Assembly: GCA_014801815.1 (NCBI GenBank)
Contig: JAAVDM010000019.1
Location: forward strand, 23,223-87,222
Source of the DNA: Bacteroides sp.
GTDB lineage: Bacteria > Bacteroidota > Bacteroidia > Bacteroidales > Muribaculaceae
Length of the DNA stretch: 64,000 bases
Direction: 5' to 3'
Within the stretch, counting starts at the first letter, position 1. Every line of letters starts with the position of its first letter. Below are positions 1 to 8,747 of the stretch, one piece after another. Under the pieces are notes generated by a model, which saw nothing but the letters and a program-made list of their open reading frames with translations, made no database searches and was not told the origin of the DNA. The position numbers and the translations under genes were made by a program.

Positions 1-1433
1 AATCTGCCTCTGGCAACTTTGCCATAATTCAACACGAGCTGACCGGTTTCTTCACTAAGGGAGAGAAAATCGCCTGTCTGGCCGGCTTCCTGTTCAGGGA
101 AAGAAAGATAATCTCCTTCGTTAAAACCTACATTAGCGGTATAGTCCACATAATAATCTTCACGATCCCAAGGCAGTACCTCCACAGTTATAGACGCCGC
201 ACCATTGAATTTAATGATTATGGGAAGATAAGTATTGCGAGCTATCGCATCCCGAGCCACGTTGACACCATTTTCCATTTTTGTTATCTGCAGGATGTTG
301 GTCTCCAACGGGGCAGTCAACCAGTGACGGTTGTTGATCTGCACACTGACTTCATATCTCTTTCCGGGTTCCAAGATAGACTCGGGGAAATATACGGGAC
401 GAATAGTGTTGATAAGAGTAGAGTCGCCGGTAGCAGACTTTTTAATTTCCACGTTCAACTGATTAAGAGCATAAGTGACGAGTTGCTCATCTGCTCTTGC
501 TCCTTGCGGCACGGAAAAATCCGTGATATAGGCTTTATCAATCTTTGAAGGGTTAGCAACATTTGAAATAAGAGAAGCCTTTGAGGGATTGTACTCTGTA
601 TCGTGAGGAAATACATATTCCATAGGGGCTATCCCTGATATCTTTATTGCGGTTATGGCAGTGTTTGCCTCCGGGATATCACCTGCATTATTATTATAAT
701 AGTTACTTGTATCCAAAAAGAAATTAGCCTTAGCTGCAGCCCGTGTAAGGAACAAGTTAGCATAGCACATATCTTCTGCCTCTATTAATCTACTTGCATA
801 TATATCAAAGAATTCCGTAAGCGGCAGACGATTGTCCTGTTTGGTAGGATTGAAAAGACCTACCGTATACTCTTTTCTTCCGGAGGTATAATCCGGAAGA
901 TATGCTGTCCAGTCGGCCAAATCTTCAAAGTAAACATCCTTCCCCTCCTTAAAGGAATCAAGAAATTGTGATGCAGTTGAATATTCTTGTGGAGCGGGGA
1001 GATAATCCTCGTTGGCAATGAGGTAGATGCGCTTATATTCGTCGGCCTTTACCTTGAACTCCAGATTATCATACATAGGACGTCCCTGATCGTTGGTAGC
1101 GACCAGACGGTTAGCCTCAACTATACCGGAAACAGGCACGCTGTCATCTGACCATTTCAAGTCGTGCACAATGATTACCCGCAATTCCTTTATCTTTTCA
1201 AAGTCACCGGAAGGATCCAGATAGCCATCCTCATCCCCCTTGTCAGCACGGGTGAAAGCCTGTTGCCTGGCATAGGAGACATTAAGGTTCAGTGTCAGCT
1301 GATCCGGCTTCAAGGCAGGTTCCTCCACCTCATCACCGGGCAACATACCCTTGTCGGAGGAACAGCTTGTGAAGATACCGAAAACGGAAGACAACAGAGC
1401 TATGACTACATATTTACTTACTCTTGAAATCAT
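1..1433 (-). CDS. Type V pilus minor/tip pilin lipoprotein (partial, runs off the window start)
   Basis: Not in the ORF track because no stop lies in the window. ATG at 1433 overlaps the TGA of the upstream anchor gene. Reads MISRVSKYVVIALLSSVFGIFTSC (lipobox), then AFTR|AD (processing-type site), and near the edge RNTYLPIIIKF...VEVLPW (pilin motif). Both ends were translated by hand; the middle was not checked codon by codon. Confidence 0.8.
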   Translation of the reverse strand, partial: MISRVSKYVVIALLSSVFGIFTSCSSDKGMLPGDEVEEPALKPDQLTLNLNVSYARQQAFTRADKGDEDGYLDPSGDFEKIKELRVIIVHDLKWSDDSVPVSGIVEANRLVATNDQGRPMYDNLEFKVKADEYKRIYLIANEDYLPAPQEYSTASQFLDSFKEGKDVYFEDLADWTAYLPDYTSGRKEYTVGLFNPTKQDNRLPLTEFFDIYASRLIEAEDMCYANLFLTRAAAKANFFLDTSNYYNNNAGDIPEANTAITAIKISGIAPMEYVFPHDTEYNPSKASLISNVANPSKIDKAYITDFSVPQGARADEQLVTYALNQLNVEIKKSATGDSTLINTIRPVYFPESILEPGKRYEVSVQINNRHWLTAPLETNILQITKMENGVNVARDAIARNTYLPIIIKFNGAASITVEVLPWDREDYYVDYTANVGFNEGDYLSFPEQEAGQTGDFLSLSEETGQLVLNYGKVARGR

Positions 1434-2443
1434 ACTTCCACAGAATTGAGACGTACAACCCAATCATTAATCTCTATCACAGTGTCAAGCCATATTCCAC
1501 CCTGAAGGAAGAAGAGCATTTTCCAACGGCTTTCACGATCAAGAAACTCCTGAGAATCCATGTTGGAATATTTCTCACTTTTAAGCAAGACGAGATAGTT
1601 GAGAAGGGGGATATCTATAACTTTACGTCCATCTTTCTTTCTTGTAATCACCAGACGTGGCGCATTGCTTGTCACAAGTCTCGGAAAACTAAACTCGGCG
1701 TAAGCTACCGACACTTCACCGCTGTCTTCAGGTCTCTCACCTACTGCGGCATTCCCATGTGCCCAGGGCAGATAGTCAACAGTCTGAGTGGGGATAACAG
1801 CGTTATTCCATGCCATGAGAGTATTGTCATCAGTCACCTTAAACTCAAAGTCTGCCTCATCTATCGGCATCCCGTCAACATTCTGCAAAAGGATTCGCAG
1901 ATTATTGGTGTCTTTCATCATATACACGGTCAGGTCGCGATAAGTGATATCTTCCTGCTCGATGTTGATTTCAGCCTTTCCGTAAAACAGATCGTGGAGA
2001 TCATGCATGGGAGGCACCAGACACGATGGATTCAACTCCACCTCAATATCATACATGGGAATGAGAGATGGAGAAGATGTAAATGAGAAAGAAGCGTCCT
2101 CACATTCCATACCTCCGTATGCTATGATGTTGTATGTGCCCGGCTCAAGATCCACCACCATGCGCCAATTCTCGTCTTGAAGATCTGAGGTCATGTTTGT
2201 ACGTGTCGTGACGTAGCGCCCTTCCTCATCATAAAAAAGCACTGTCAGACAGTCCACCTGTGATGGGAATGCGTTAGCGAACTCCATATTGTAGTCATAC
2301 ACAAAACGTATGCGGGCACCTCTTTCACACTCTTGGAGATCCTCATACAGCTTGTCACAAGAGGCAAACGGAGTGACAGACGCTGCTAAAGCCATGACAG
2401 TGATCCCATTTCTGATAAGTCGTGAGAATATTGTTGTTTCCAT
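1430..2443 (-). CDS. Mfa2/FimB-family pilus anchor lipoprotein
   Basis: Lipobox FASC; RFVYDYNMEFANAFPSQVD; LDRESRW; C-terminal INDWVVRLN; paralog of 12515-13534. Confidence 0.9.
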   Translation of the reverse strand: METTIFSRLIRNGITVMALAASVTPFASCDKLYEDLQECERGARIRFVYDYNMEFANAFPSQVDCLTVLFYDEEGRYVTTRTNMTSDLQDENWRMVVDLEPGTYNIIAYGGMECEDASFSFTSSPSLIPMYDIEVELNPSCLVPPMHDLHDLFYGKAEINIEQEDITYRDLTVYMMKDTNNLRILLQNVDGMPIDEADFEFKVTDDNTLMAWNNAVIPTQTVDYLPWAHGNAAVGERPEDSGEVSVAYAEFSFPRLVTSNAPRLVITRKKDGRKVIDIPLLNYLVLLKSEKYSNMDSQEFLDRESRWKMLFFLQGGIWLDTVIEINDWVVRLNSVEV

Positions 2444-2466
2444 ATCTCTTTTTTCTTTTTAGCAAT

Positions 2467-2540
2467 CCGGGGAGCCGCAAGGCTCCCCCGGACTAATCCT
2501 TCCGGATTCATACGACCTCCGGTCTCAACCGGGGGCCGTA
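2467..2540 (-). other. GC-rich stem-loops between the major pilin and anchor genes
   Basis: CCGGGGAGCC-GCAA-GGCTCCCCCGG and TACGACCTCCGGT-CTCA-ACCGGGGGCCGTA hairpins. Confidence 0.55.
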
Positions 2541-2569
2541 TGTTTATAAAACCTACAGAGGTTTTGATT

Positions 2570-4942
2570 TTAGAATGTAATGCTGTTTACGCGAACAACC
2601 CAAGGCACAATCTCCAACTTAACATCGAGGTAGATGTCGTCAGACTCATCGGGAGTGTTAGGAGTAGGATTGTTGGGGTCGTTTTCAGGGATACGGGGAT
2701 GACCGATACGGTTAATCTTATCGACAGAGAGCTTGTAAACATTATTACGTACCACATCAAATTCCATTGGACCCATAGCACCATTCAGACCGTTGTCGTT
2801 ATGACGGTTCCAATAGTAATAGTAGCAATAATAACCATTACCATAGTCAGCATCATTAGAAGACTGGAAAATTGTGATACCTGCGCCAATAACTTTCGCA
2901 CGCATATCGGCGAGCAATTTCGGTGTATTTGCACCGGAAGCATCGTCACCTACCTCTTTGCCTCCTGCAGCCCATGCATCCCATGCATAATTTGCACTGT
3001 TCATATAATTGAGATAGGCATTTGTTGTCTTGTCGTTATCCCATGTGTCAGAAACAGGTCTACCCTCTTCAGTAGGCCACAGCGGATCAATAATGGCAAT
3101 ACCTTCACCCATTTCACCCTCTGCCGTTTTAGGATAATAATATGACAGAGTTCCATCATTTGTGTTAACCGGAGGTATGGGACCATCACCGAACACTGCC
3201 TTATAGAGGCTGTTCGAGCGGTTAATCTCTAATTCACCGGCTACATTCTGAGTAATAGAAGACTGAATAGCTGCCTGACGCATATGACGCCAACCCATAT
3301 AAATTCGACCACTGAAATAGTAGAGAATAGGATCGTCTTTAGAATTACCTTGCAAGGTATGCTCCGTACCATTATAAGTGAATTTCTCACCATTTAAGCA
3401 ATTAGCAAGATTTTTAATGTAACCTTTATTCCAATACTCTTCATAAAGGTTACTATTCATAGCAATCTCACTACCTAATATCTTTGCTTTAAACACCACG
3501 CCGGTTGAGATACCATTCACCTGATTCTCTTCAGGAGCAGGAATCACATTCTCCACCACATAACGCCAAACTTTATAATCTCCGGGTTTATGGTCGGTAG
3601 AGCTATAGTTATCATCAGCTCCGTTGAGCACATCTGAAACCTTTACCACATCCCAACGATTGGTAGATAACCCTTGATTATTGAATGTAGCGTCATTCTC
3701 AAAGAATGGGAAATTGAGGTATGTGGTGAAATCTTGTTCTACGCCGGCAGCGTATTGCTCAGCCCAGGGACCTATGACATAATTACCACCGGAGTATTCA
3801 CCGGTAGCTTGATTCCTAAACCAAGGTTTCTCCTTACCACACAATTCATAATTAGCACCTGAAAGAAGTCCGTTATCACTTACACGGGGGAGATAATAGA
3901 ACTTATTGCCCATATTGACAAGGCACATCTTCTGGATTTGTACGTCAATTATTGGAGCAGCTGTATCTATATCACCATCTTCTTTTGTAAGATAAAGAAC
4001 AGGATACAGGTTACCCTTCTCACCTCGATAAGTCGCATCACTACCGTCTTTGAAGTCAAAACGAGCCACAGAGCGTTCTACAAGTACCGCACCACCGGCA
4101 GCCGCGTTGTCAACACCACTATCTTCTCCGGGAAGAGCCTTGTTTAGCTCGGAGAGATGGAAGGCATTCTCATAAGAGTTGTAGTTCTCCCAGTCGAGTA
4201 ACTTTTTAGGGAGTAAGCGTGTGGTAAGATTCTTATTATTCATCAGGAATGAATTGGCACTCCAGATTCCGACATTAAAGTTCGGATCAGTCAGGCTGCC
4301 CTGTACCACACTGCAAGTTTCATCAATCCAGTTGGCAGAACCGAATCCGATACCACCCTCCTCATCAGCTTTTGCAAAAAGGTCACTTAGTTCCTTAGTC
4401 GGATTACAGAATACAAATACGTATACTTCAGGGACATTTGCCACAGCAACTGTTTCACCATCCTCATTGGTGGTTTCAGTGGTGTAGAGAGTATAGAGAG
4501 TGTTGAGATTAGCCTTATTCAGCTTTGCAGAGGCACGGAATTGCTTACTGTCCTGTGTGTCAGTGGCGGAAGATGCAATGGCAATATGGTTGCTCTGAAC
4601 CTCACCGGCTACAATATAACCATACTTCTGAATCTCGACATCACCTACTGTCTTTGCTTCAGTGGAAGCAAGCACGATAAGAGCGGTAGAAACATTGTTC
4701 TCCGCATCTGAGCCAACTTCTGTGCCACCTGTGCTACCTCCCTCTTCAGTAGTCGTGCTTCTGGTGCTTTGTCCGGCAGTCGGCAGCTGGAAGTCAACCG
4801 TCATGTAGACACCACCTGAGCTCTCGGGATTGAGAAGGTCCATGCCTCCTCCCATCTCCTGATTGAGAGTGTCGTCTGAACATGCACCAGCCACCAGAAG
4901 AGCCATGGCTGAAAACATGCTTAAAATACGATTCTTTTTCAT
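2570..4942 (-). CDS. Mfa1-like major type V pilin lipoprotein
   Basis: Lipobox AGAC; STR|S processing-type site; VERSVARFDF; YYCYYYYWNRHND; RNNVYKLSV; Pro-rich segment; terminal donor-strand PWVVRVN. Confidence 0.9.
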   Translation of the reverse strand: MKKNRILSMFSAMALLVAGACSDDTLNQEMGGGMDLLNPESSGGVYMTVDFQLPTAGQSTRSTTTEEGGSTGGTEVGSDAENNVSTALIVLASTEAKTVGDVEIQKYGYIVAGEVQSNHIAIASSATDTQDSKQFRASAKLNKANLNTLYTLYTTETTNEDGETVAVANVPEVYVFVFCNPTKELSDLFAKADEEGGIGFGSANWIDETCSVVQGSLTDPNFNVGIWSANSFLMNNKNLTTRLLPKKLLDWENYNSYENAFHLSELNKALPGEDSGVDNAAAGGAVLVERSVARFDFKDGSDATYRGEKGNLYPVLYLTKEDGDIDTAAPIIDVQIQKMCLVNMGNKFYYLPRVSDNGLLSGANYELCGKEKPWFRNQATGEYSGGNYVIGPWAEQYAAGVEQDFTTYLNFPFFENDATFNNQGLSTNRWDVVKVSDVLNGADDNYSSTDHKPGDYKVWRYVVENVIPAPEENQVNGISTGVVFKAKILGSEIAMNSNLYEEYWNKGYIKNLANCLNGEKFTYNGTEHTLQGNSKDDPILYYFSGRIYMGWRHMRQAAIQSSITQNVAGELEINRSNSLYKAVFGDGPIPPVNTNDGTLSYYYPKTAEGEMGEGIAIIDPLWPTEEGRPVSDTWDNDKTTNAYLNYMNSANYAWDAWAAGGKEVGDDASGANTPKLLADMRAKVIGAGITIFQSSNDADYGNGYYCYYYYWNRHNDNGLNGAMGPMEFDVVRNNVYKLSVDKINRIGHPRIPENDPNNPTPNTPDESDDIYLDVKLEIVPWVVRVNSITF

Positions 4943-4998
4943 GTTAGTTAATTTAGTTGTTATTTGGTTGTTAACATTAGTATCTATTAAAAAATCAT

Positions 4999-5229
4999 AA
5001 GAGTGCTTTGAAATTATTGAGATTCAATTTGTTGCGAAGGAATTTCGAGCCAACGGATTTGATTTTATCTTTGCGTTCAGAATCGAACCGTTATGGATAA
5101 AGACAAATACGTTTTCGCCCTATCAGTTCGGTTTTTGGACCGTAATCACTTCAACTATCCGGTGCGTAAGTGTGAGGGAGACAAGTATATAAAGAGTGCA
5201 CTACTGTCCACTAAAAATGGACAGTAGTG
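4999..5229 (+). mobile_element. IS4-family (DUF4372-type) insertion-sequence remnant
   Basis: ORF 5093-5227 reads MDKDKYVFALSVRFLDRNHFNYPVRKCEGDKYIK..., resembling the N-terminus of Bacteroidales IS4/DUF4372 transposases. TATCTTTG at 5066-5073 precedes it. It ends in a 12-bp hairpin CACTACTGTCCA/TGGACAGTAGTG (5199-5229). Left boundary approximate. Confidence 0.7.
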
Positions 5230-5265
5230 GATTGTTAAATTAAAATATCTTGGAATAATCGGTTA

Positions 5266-6762
5266 TCATTCAGACACATTTTCCGTCTCTATTTTCTGAT
5301 CAGCAGGATTCTGGAGAACAATACGGAGTTTGCCGTCGCCTGCCTCGGCGAGTTTGCGGAGGGCTTCGGCAGCATAAGGCGAGCCCATGCGTTCAGCCTG
5401 TTCGTAGAGAGAGCGGGCTGTGAGGTAGTCGTGCTGCATAGCGGCGATGACGGCACGGGTGTAGACGGCACGGGCAGAGTGACCGGCGCGGTCAAGATAC
5501 ATCTCGGCACCACGGTAGTCACCGCGTGCTATTGCGGCGTTGGCTGCGCCAAGGCAGAAGTCCTGATTGGCGGGGAAGATGCGGGCTGCCGTCTCGTAGA
5601 GGTCATAGTACTGCGGAGTGCCGGGGACAAGAGTCGATATGGCGAAAGCCACTTCATCCTCACTCAGTTTGCCGGGGGCCGTGCGGGTCAGGCGGATAAT
5701 CTCCTCCGGATTGGTGAATGTGCGGATGGTGAAGTAGATTGAGTAATCGGAATGACGCAGCTCGGGATATACCGTAGCCAGAAGCATGGCGTACTCCCTG
5801 GGGAACCGGCGCTGTATGGCGGTGTTCTTCGGGTCCGGTGCAAGGTCGCTGTCGATGATAGCCAGAATCTCATTGCGGGCAGGCATGTTCGATGCCTCCA
5901 CCCACTCGCGCAGACCACCCCAGTCCTCGGGGTCGTATGCCGTGCGGATAAAACCGTGCGGGAAGGCGTACATGTTCTCGACGTAATCCTTCAGCGTGGC
6001 GGTACGTCCCCGGGCCAGACGCTCGTTGTTGGCGTACGAACCCTCGGGCGAGGCGTAACCCTTGATGAATATGGAGTCTACGGTCAGGTCTTTGTCATTC
6101 CTAACCGAGTCAATGGTGGCTATGATCTTACGCAGCTCGGCGGGGTTGTTCATGTAATCGGGATACAGCTCGGTGCGGTTCACCGGGAAGTTGATGTAGG
6201 CACGTCCGGTTATCTCACGTGTCTTCGGGACAAGGTCCTTGTTCCTCAGCTCCGGCTCGCCCGGGTCGATTACGGGTCTGAACACGGGTATCTCGCAGGT
6301 TCCGACCGGCACATTGGGCAGACGGATCATATCGCAGCAATTGCGCACGTCGACGGCCACGTCGAGACGTGCCGAGTCAATCCACTGCGGTGTGGTACCG
6401 CGGCGCGTGATGTCGATGTTGCCGACACGTCCGGCACGATAAATACGGAGCATGTTAATGTCGCCCTGACGCTCGTGCAGGATATAGAGATTGCGTCCGG
6501 CTACGGTCACCGGCTCGAAGCACACCGAGTCGGTGCGGTCAGCATTATATAGGACAGGGGTCAGTGTGTACTCGCGGTTGCGACCGGGACGGAGTGTGGC
6601 GGCGTCGATACTCATGCTGACCGACACTTCGTCGTCATGCTGCTCAACGGCAACATTTTCAAAGCGTATCTCGGGCGCTCTGTATGTCTTTGCTGCCACC
6701 GGCAGACACAGGCTTCCGATAGCCGCAACGGACATGAGCGCTGTAAAGGCTGTTTTCTTCAT
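5266..6762 (-). CDS. DUF3868 / OmpA-like domain protein with TPR-like C-terminus, pilus-associated
   Basis: Signal peptide; GYASPEGSYANNERLARGR; EDWGGLR; YPELRHSDY; paralog of 8748-10190. Confidence 0.85.
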   Translation of the reverse strand: MKKTAFTALMSVAAIGSLCLPVAAKTYRAPEIRFENVAVEQHDDEVSVSMSIDAATLRPGRNREYTLTPVLYNADRTDSVCFEPVTVAGRNLYILHERQGDINMLRIYRAGRVGNIDITRRGTTPQWIDSARLDVAVDVRNCCDMIRLPNVPVGTCEIPVFRPVIDPGEPELRNKDLVPKTREITGRAYINFPVNRTELYPDYMNNPAELRKIIATIDSVRNDKDLTVDSIFIKGYASPEGSYANNERLARGRTATLKDYVENMYAFPHGFIRTAYDPEDWGGLREWVEASNMPARNEILAIIDSDLAPDPKNTAIQRRFPREYAMLLATVYPELRHSDYSIYFTIRTFTNPEEIIRLTRTAPGKLSEDEVAFAISTLVPGTPQYYDLYETAARIFPANQDFCLGAANAAIARGDYRGAEMYLDRAGHSARAVYTRAVIAAMQHDYLTARSLYEQAERMGSPYAAEALRKLAEAGDGKLRIVLQNPADQKIETENVSE

Positions 6763-6795
6763 AAGGCGGTTGAGAAAAGTTGCTGCGTTGATTAA

Positions 6796-7386
6796 TCAGA
6801 AGGCATACACTATGTTGAGGGCCGCCTTGGTGGGACCCACATAGTTGTGCGGACGGTTGTCGTCGAGCTTACGGCCGCACACGGCACACGGATAGCGGTC
6901 GTAACGTGTATAGGCCCAGCCGATACCTATCTCGGCCTCAAGTGTCCAGTGCCGGCTCAGTATCCAGTCGTAGCCGTAGGCCAGTCCCGCTCCCACAAAC
7001 CAGCCCTGCGCACGCGAGTCCTTCAGAACCGAGAAGTCCGTGCCTAAGAAGTCGAAATCAAGATTGACATTCCCTATATTGTACTGTCCCCCGAAGACAT
7101 GGGCACCGATGAAATGTCCGTTGAAGGCATTACAGAACCAATAACGCGCCTCCGGCATCGCAGCCCAGTGACGCCACTGCTTACCTTCGGACAGCTTCCA
7201 CAAATTCAGCTGTCCAGTGACATCTAAGGTCCACTTCGGTGCAACACGGAACTCCACGCCGAGATTCGGACTCAGCGCCGCGTCATAGAGAAGGTTGGTC
7301 TTAAGCGCCGCATCCTGTGCGCACAGACCGCCGCGACCAAGTATAAGAAGGCTCAGAAAGATAGCGGCTCGTAGGATTATGTTCAT
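6796..7386 (-). CDS. DUF3575-family outer-membrane beta-barrel protein
   Basis: ALKTNLLYDA, PEARYWFC, GHFIGAH, C-terminal YVGPTKAALNIVYAF. Start moved to ATG 7386 (MNIILR, signal peptide). Confidence 0.88.
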   Translation of the reverse strand: MNIILRAAIFLSLLILGRGGLCAQDAALKTNLLYDAALSPNLGVEFRVAPKWTLDVTGQLNLWKLSEGKQWRHWAAMPEARYWFCNAFNGHFIGAHVFGGQYNIGNVNLDFDFLGTDFSVLKDSRAQGWFVGAGLAYGYDWILSRHWTLEAEIGIGWAYTRYDRYPCAVCGRKLDDNRPHNYVGPTKAALNIVYAF

Positions 7387-7473
7387 AACATTAGTTTGTC
7401 TGAAGTATCGGTGCTGTGATAGTGACTCCGGCAAGTAAGTCCGATTTTTACGGACCTATACAAGAGTGGCTCA

Positions 7474-7529
7474 GAGGATTAGCAAGTCAATTGGAGAGGT
7501 TCAGAATCACACTCTCTTAAAAAGAGATA
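7474..7529. repeat. Left arm of 56-bp inverted repeat (partner 8013-8068)
   Basis: Reverse complement matches 8013-8068 at 51/56 positions, including a perfect inner 22 bp (TATCTCTTTTTAAGAGAGTGTG) and a perfect outer 16 bp. Confidence 0.92.
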
Positions 7530-7540
7530 CTAATCTGGTG

Positions 7541-7572
7541 CAAAGATAGGGCATTCTTTACAGTTGTGCAAG
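7541..7572 (-). promoter_or_regulatory. Bacteroidetes housekeeping promoter facing the left pilus operon
   Basis: TATCTTTG (-7 element) at 7548-7541 on the minus strand, with TTG about 20 nt upstream; lies just inside the left inverted repeat. Confidence 0.75.
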
Positions 7573-8012
7573 TGTATAAACTTGTTTTTTCAACAATTTT
7601 TCAGCGAATTATCCTAATTTTTAATCGGATTACCCTACTATAACGGCAGGAAAGATTTAAAATTGTCACATATTGTGTAAAAAGACAATTTTTGTCATGA
7701 AATTATATATCTAATAATCAATAATATACCTTTTAAAAAACGCTTGTTTTGTATCCTCCGTAGAGATGACAAAATAAGAATACAATTTTATTTGTTAATA
7801 AAATGCTATTTTTATATATTAGTATAATGTTAATTATCAACAATATACAATTCATCACACTCTCTTTTTAAAAGACTTTGACTTAATATTCCTGTATTTA
7901 AATAATTTATATTATTGTGAAAGTGAGGGAATTATCTAAATAGCACTTGTCTTAACAACTATTTTTCACTAATTTATATATCGCTGATAATCAATTATAT
8001 ACCTCTAATCCA

Positions 8013-8068
8013 TATCTCTTTTTAAGAGAGTGTGCTTCTGAGTCTCTCGAACTGACTTGCTAATCCTC
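8013..8068. repeat. Right arm of 56-bp inverted repeat (partner 7474-7529)
   Basis: TATCTCTTTTTAAGAGAGTGTGCTTCTGAGTCTCTCGAACTGACTTGCTAATCCTC. Confidence 0.92.
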
Positions 8069-8158
8069 ATACAATCACTTGTTTGTAAGTCCCGGCAAGC
8101 GGCCACGCCCGGCGGCTTCTTCTACCCAATCCCAGCTAAAGCTTAGCCATATTACTTT

Positions 8159-8746
8159 ATGAAAATATTAATCCGAACTGCTGTCCTCTTGGGTCTGCTG
8201 GTACTCGGGCACGGTACACCGGGCGCACAAAAAGTCGCACTCAAGAACAACATCCTTTACGATGCTGCGCTGACTCCCAATGTGGGAGTGGAAATCCGTC
8301 TTGCACCGCGCTGGACACTCGATGTCACGGGGCAGGTGAATCTGTGGACCGTCGACGGTCACAAATGGAAGCACTGGCTGGCGCAGCCCGAGGCGCGTTA
8401 CTGGTTCTGCCGCTCTTTTGCAGGGCACTTCGTGGGGCTGCACGTTCTTGGCGGAGAGTACAACGTAGGCAACATCAATCTCGGTTCAAATATCTTCGGC
8501 ATCAATCTCGAAGCCCTGCGCCACAAGCGCTATCAGGGCTGGGCGGTGGGTGCCGGCATAGCGTATGGTTACGCATGGCCGATAGCACGCCACTGGAACA
8601 TCGAAGCCGAAATCGGTGTCGGCTATGTCTACACGCGGCATGACGTCTATCCGTGTGCCGACTGCGGTACGCAGATAGCCAAGGACAAACACTACAACTA
8701 CGTCGGCCCGACCAAGGCCGCCCTCAACATAGTCTATCTCTTCTGA
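8159..8746 (+). CDS. DUF3575-family outer-membrane beta-barrel protein
   Basis: ALKNNILYDA, QPEARYWFC, YVGPTKAALNIVYLF; paralog of 6796-7386. Confidence 0.88.
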   Translation: MKILIRTAVLLGLLVLGHGTPGAQKVALKNNILYDAALTPNVGVEIRLAPRWTLDVTGQVNLWTVDGHKWKHWLAQPEARYWFCRSFAGHFVGLHVLGGEYNVGNINLGSNIFGINLEALRHKRYQGWAVGAGIAYGYAWPIARHWNIEAEIGVGYVYTRHDVYPCADCGTQIAKDKHYNYVGPTKAALNIVYLF

Positions 8747-8747
8747 T

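Noticed and set aside
7508-7520. Similarity of the pilus repeat core (CACTCTCTTAA) to the family B element end
   Set aside because: Only about 11 bp match, the arms face the wrong way to bound the spacer as a MITE, and the neighbouring sequence does not clearly match; likely chance.
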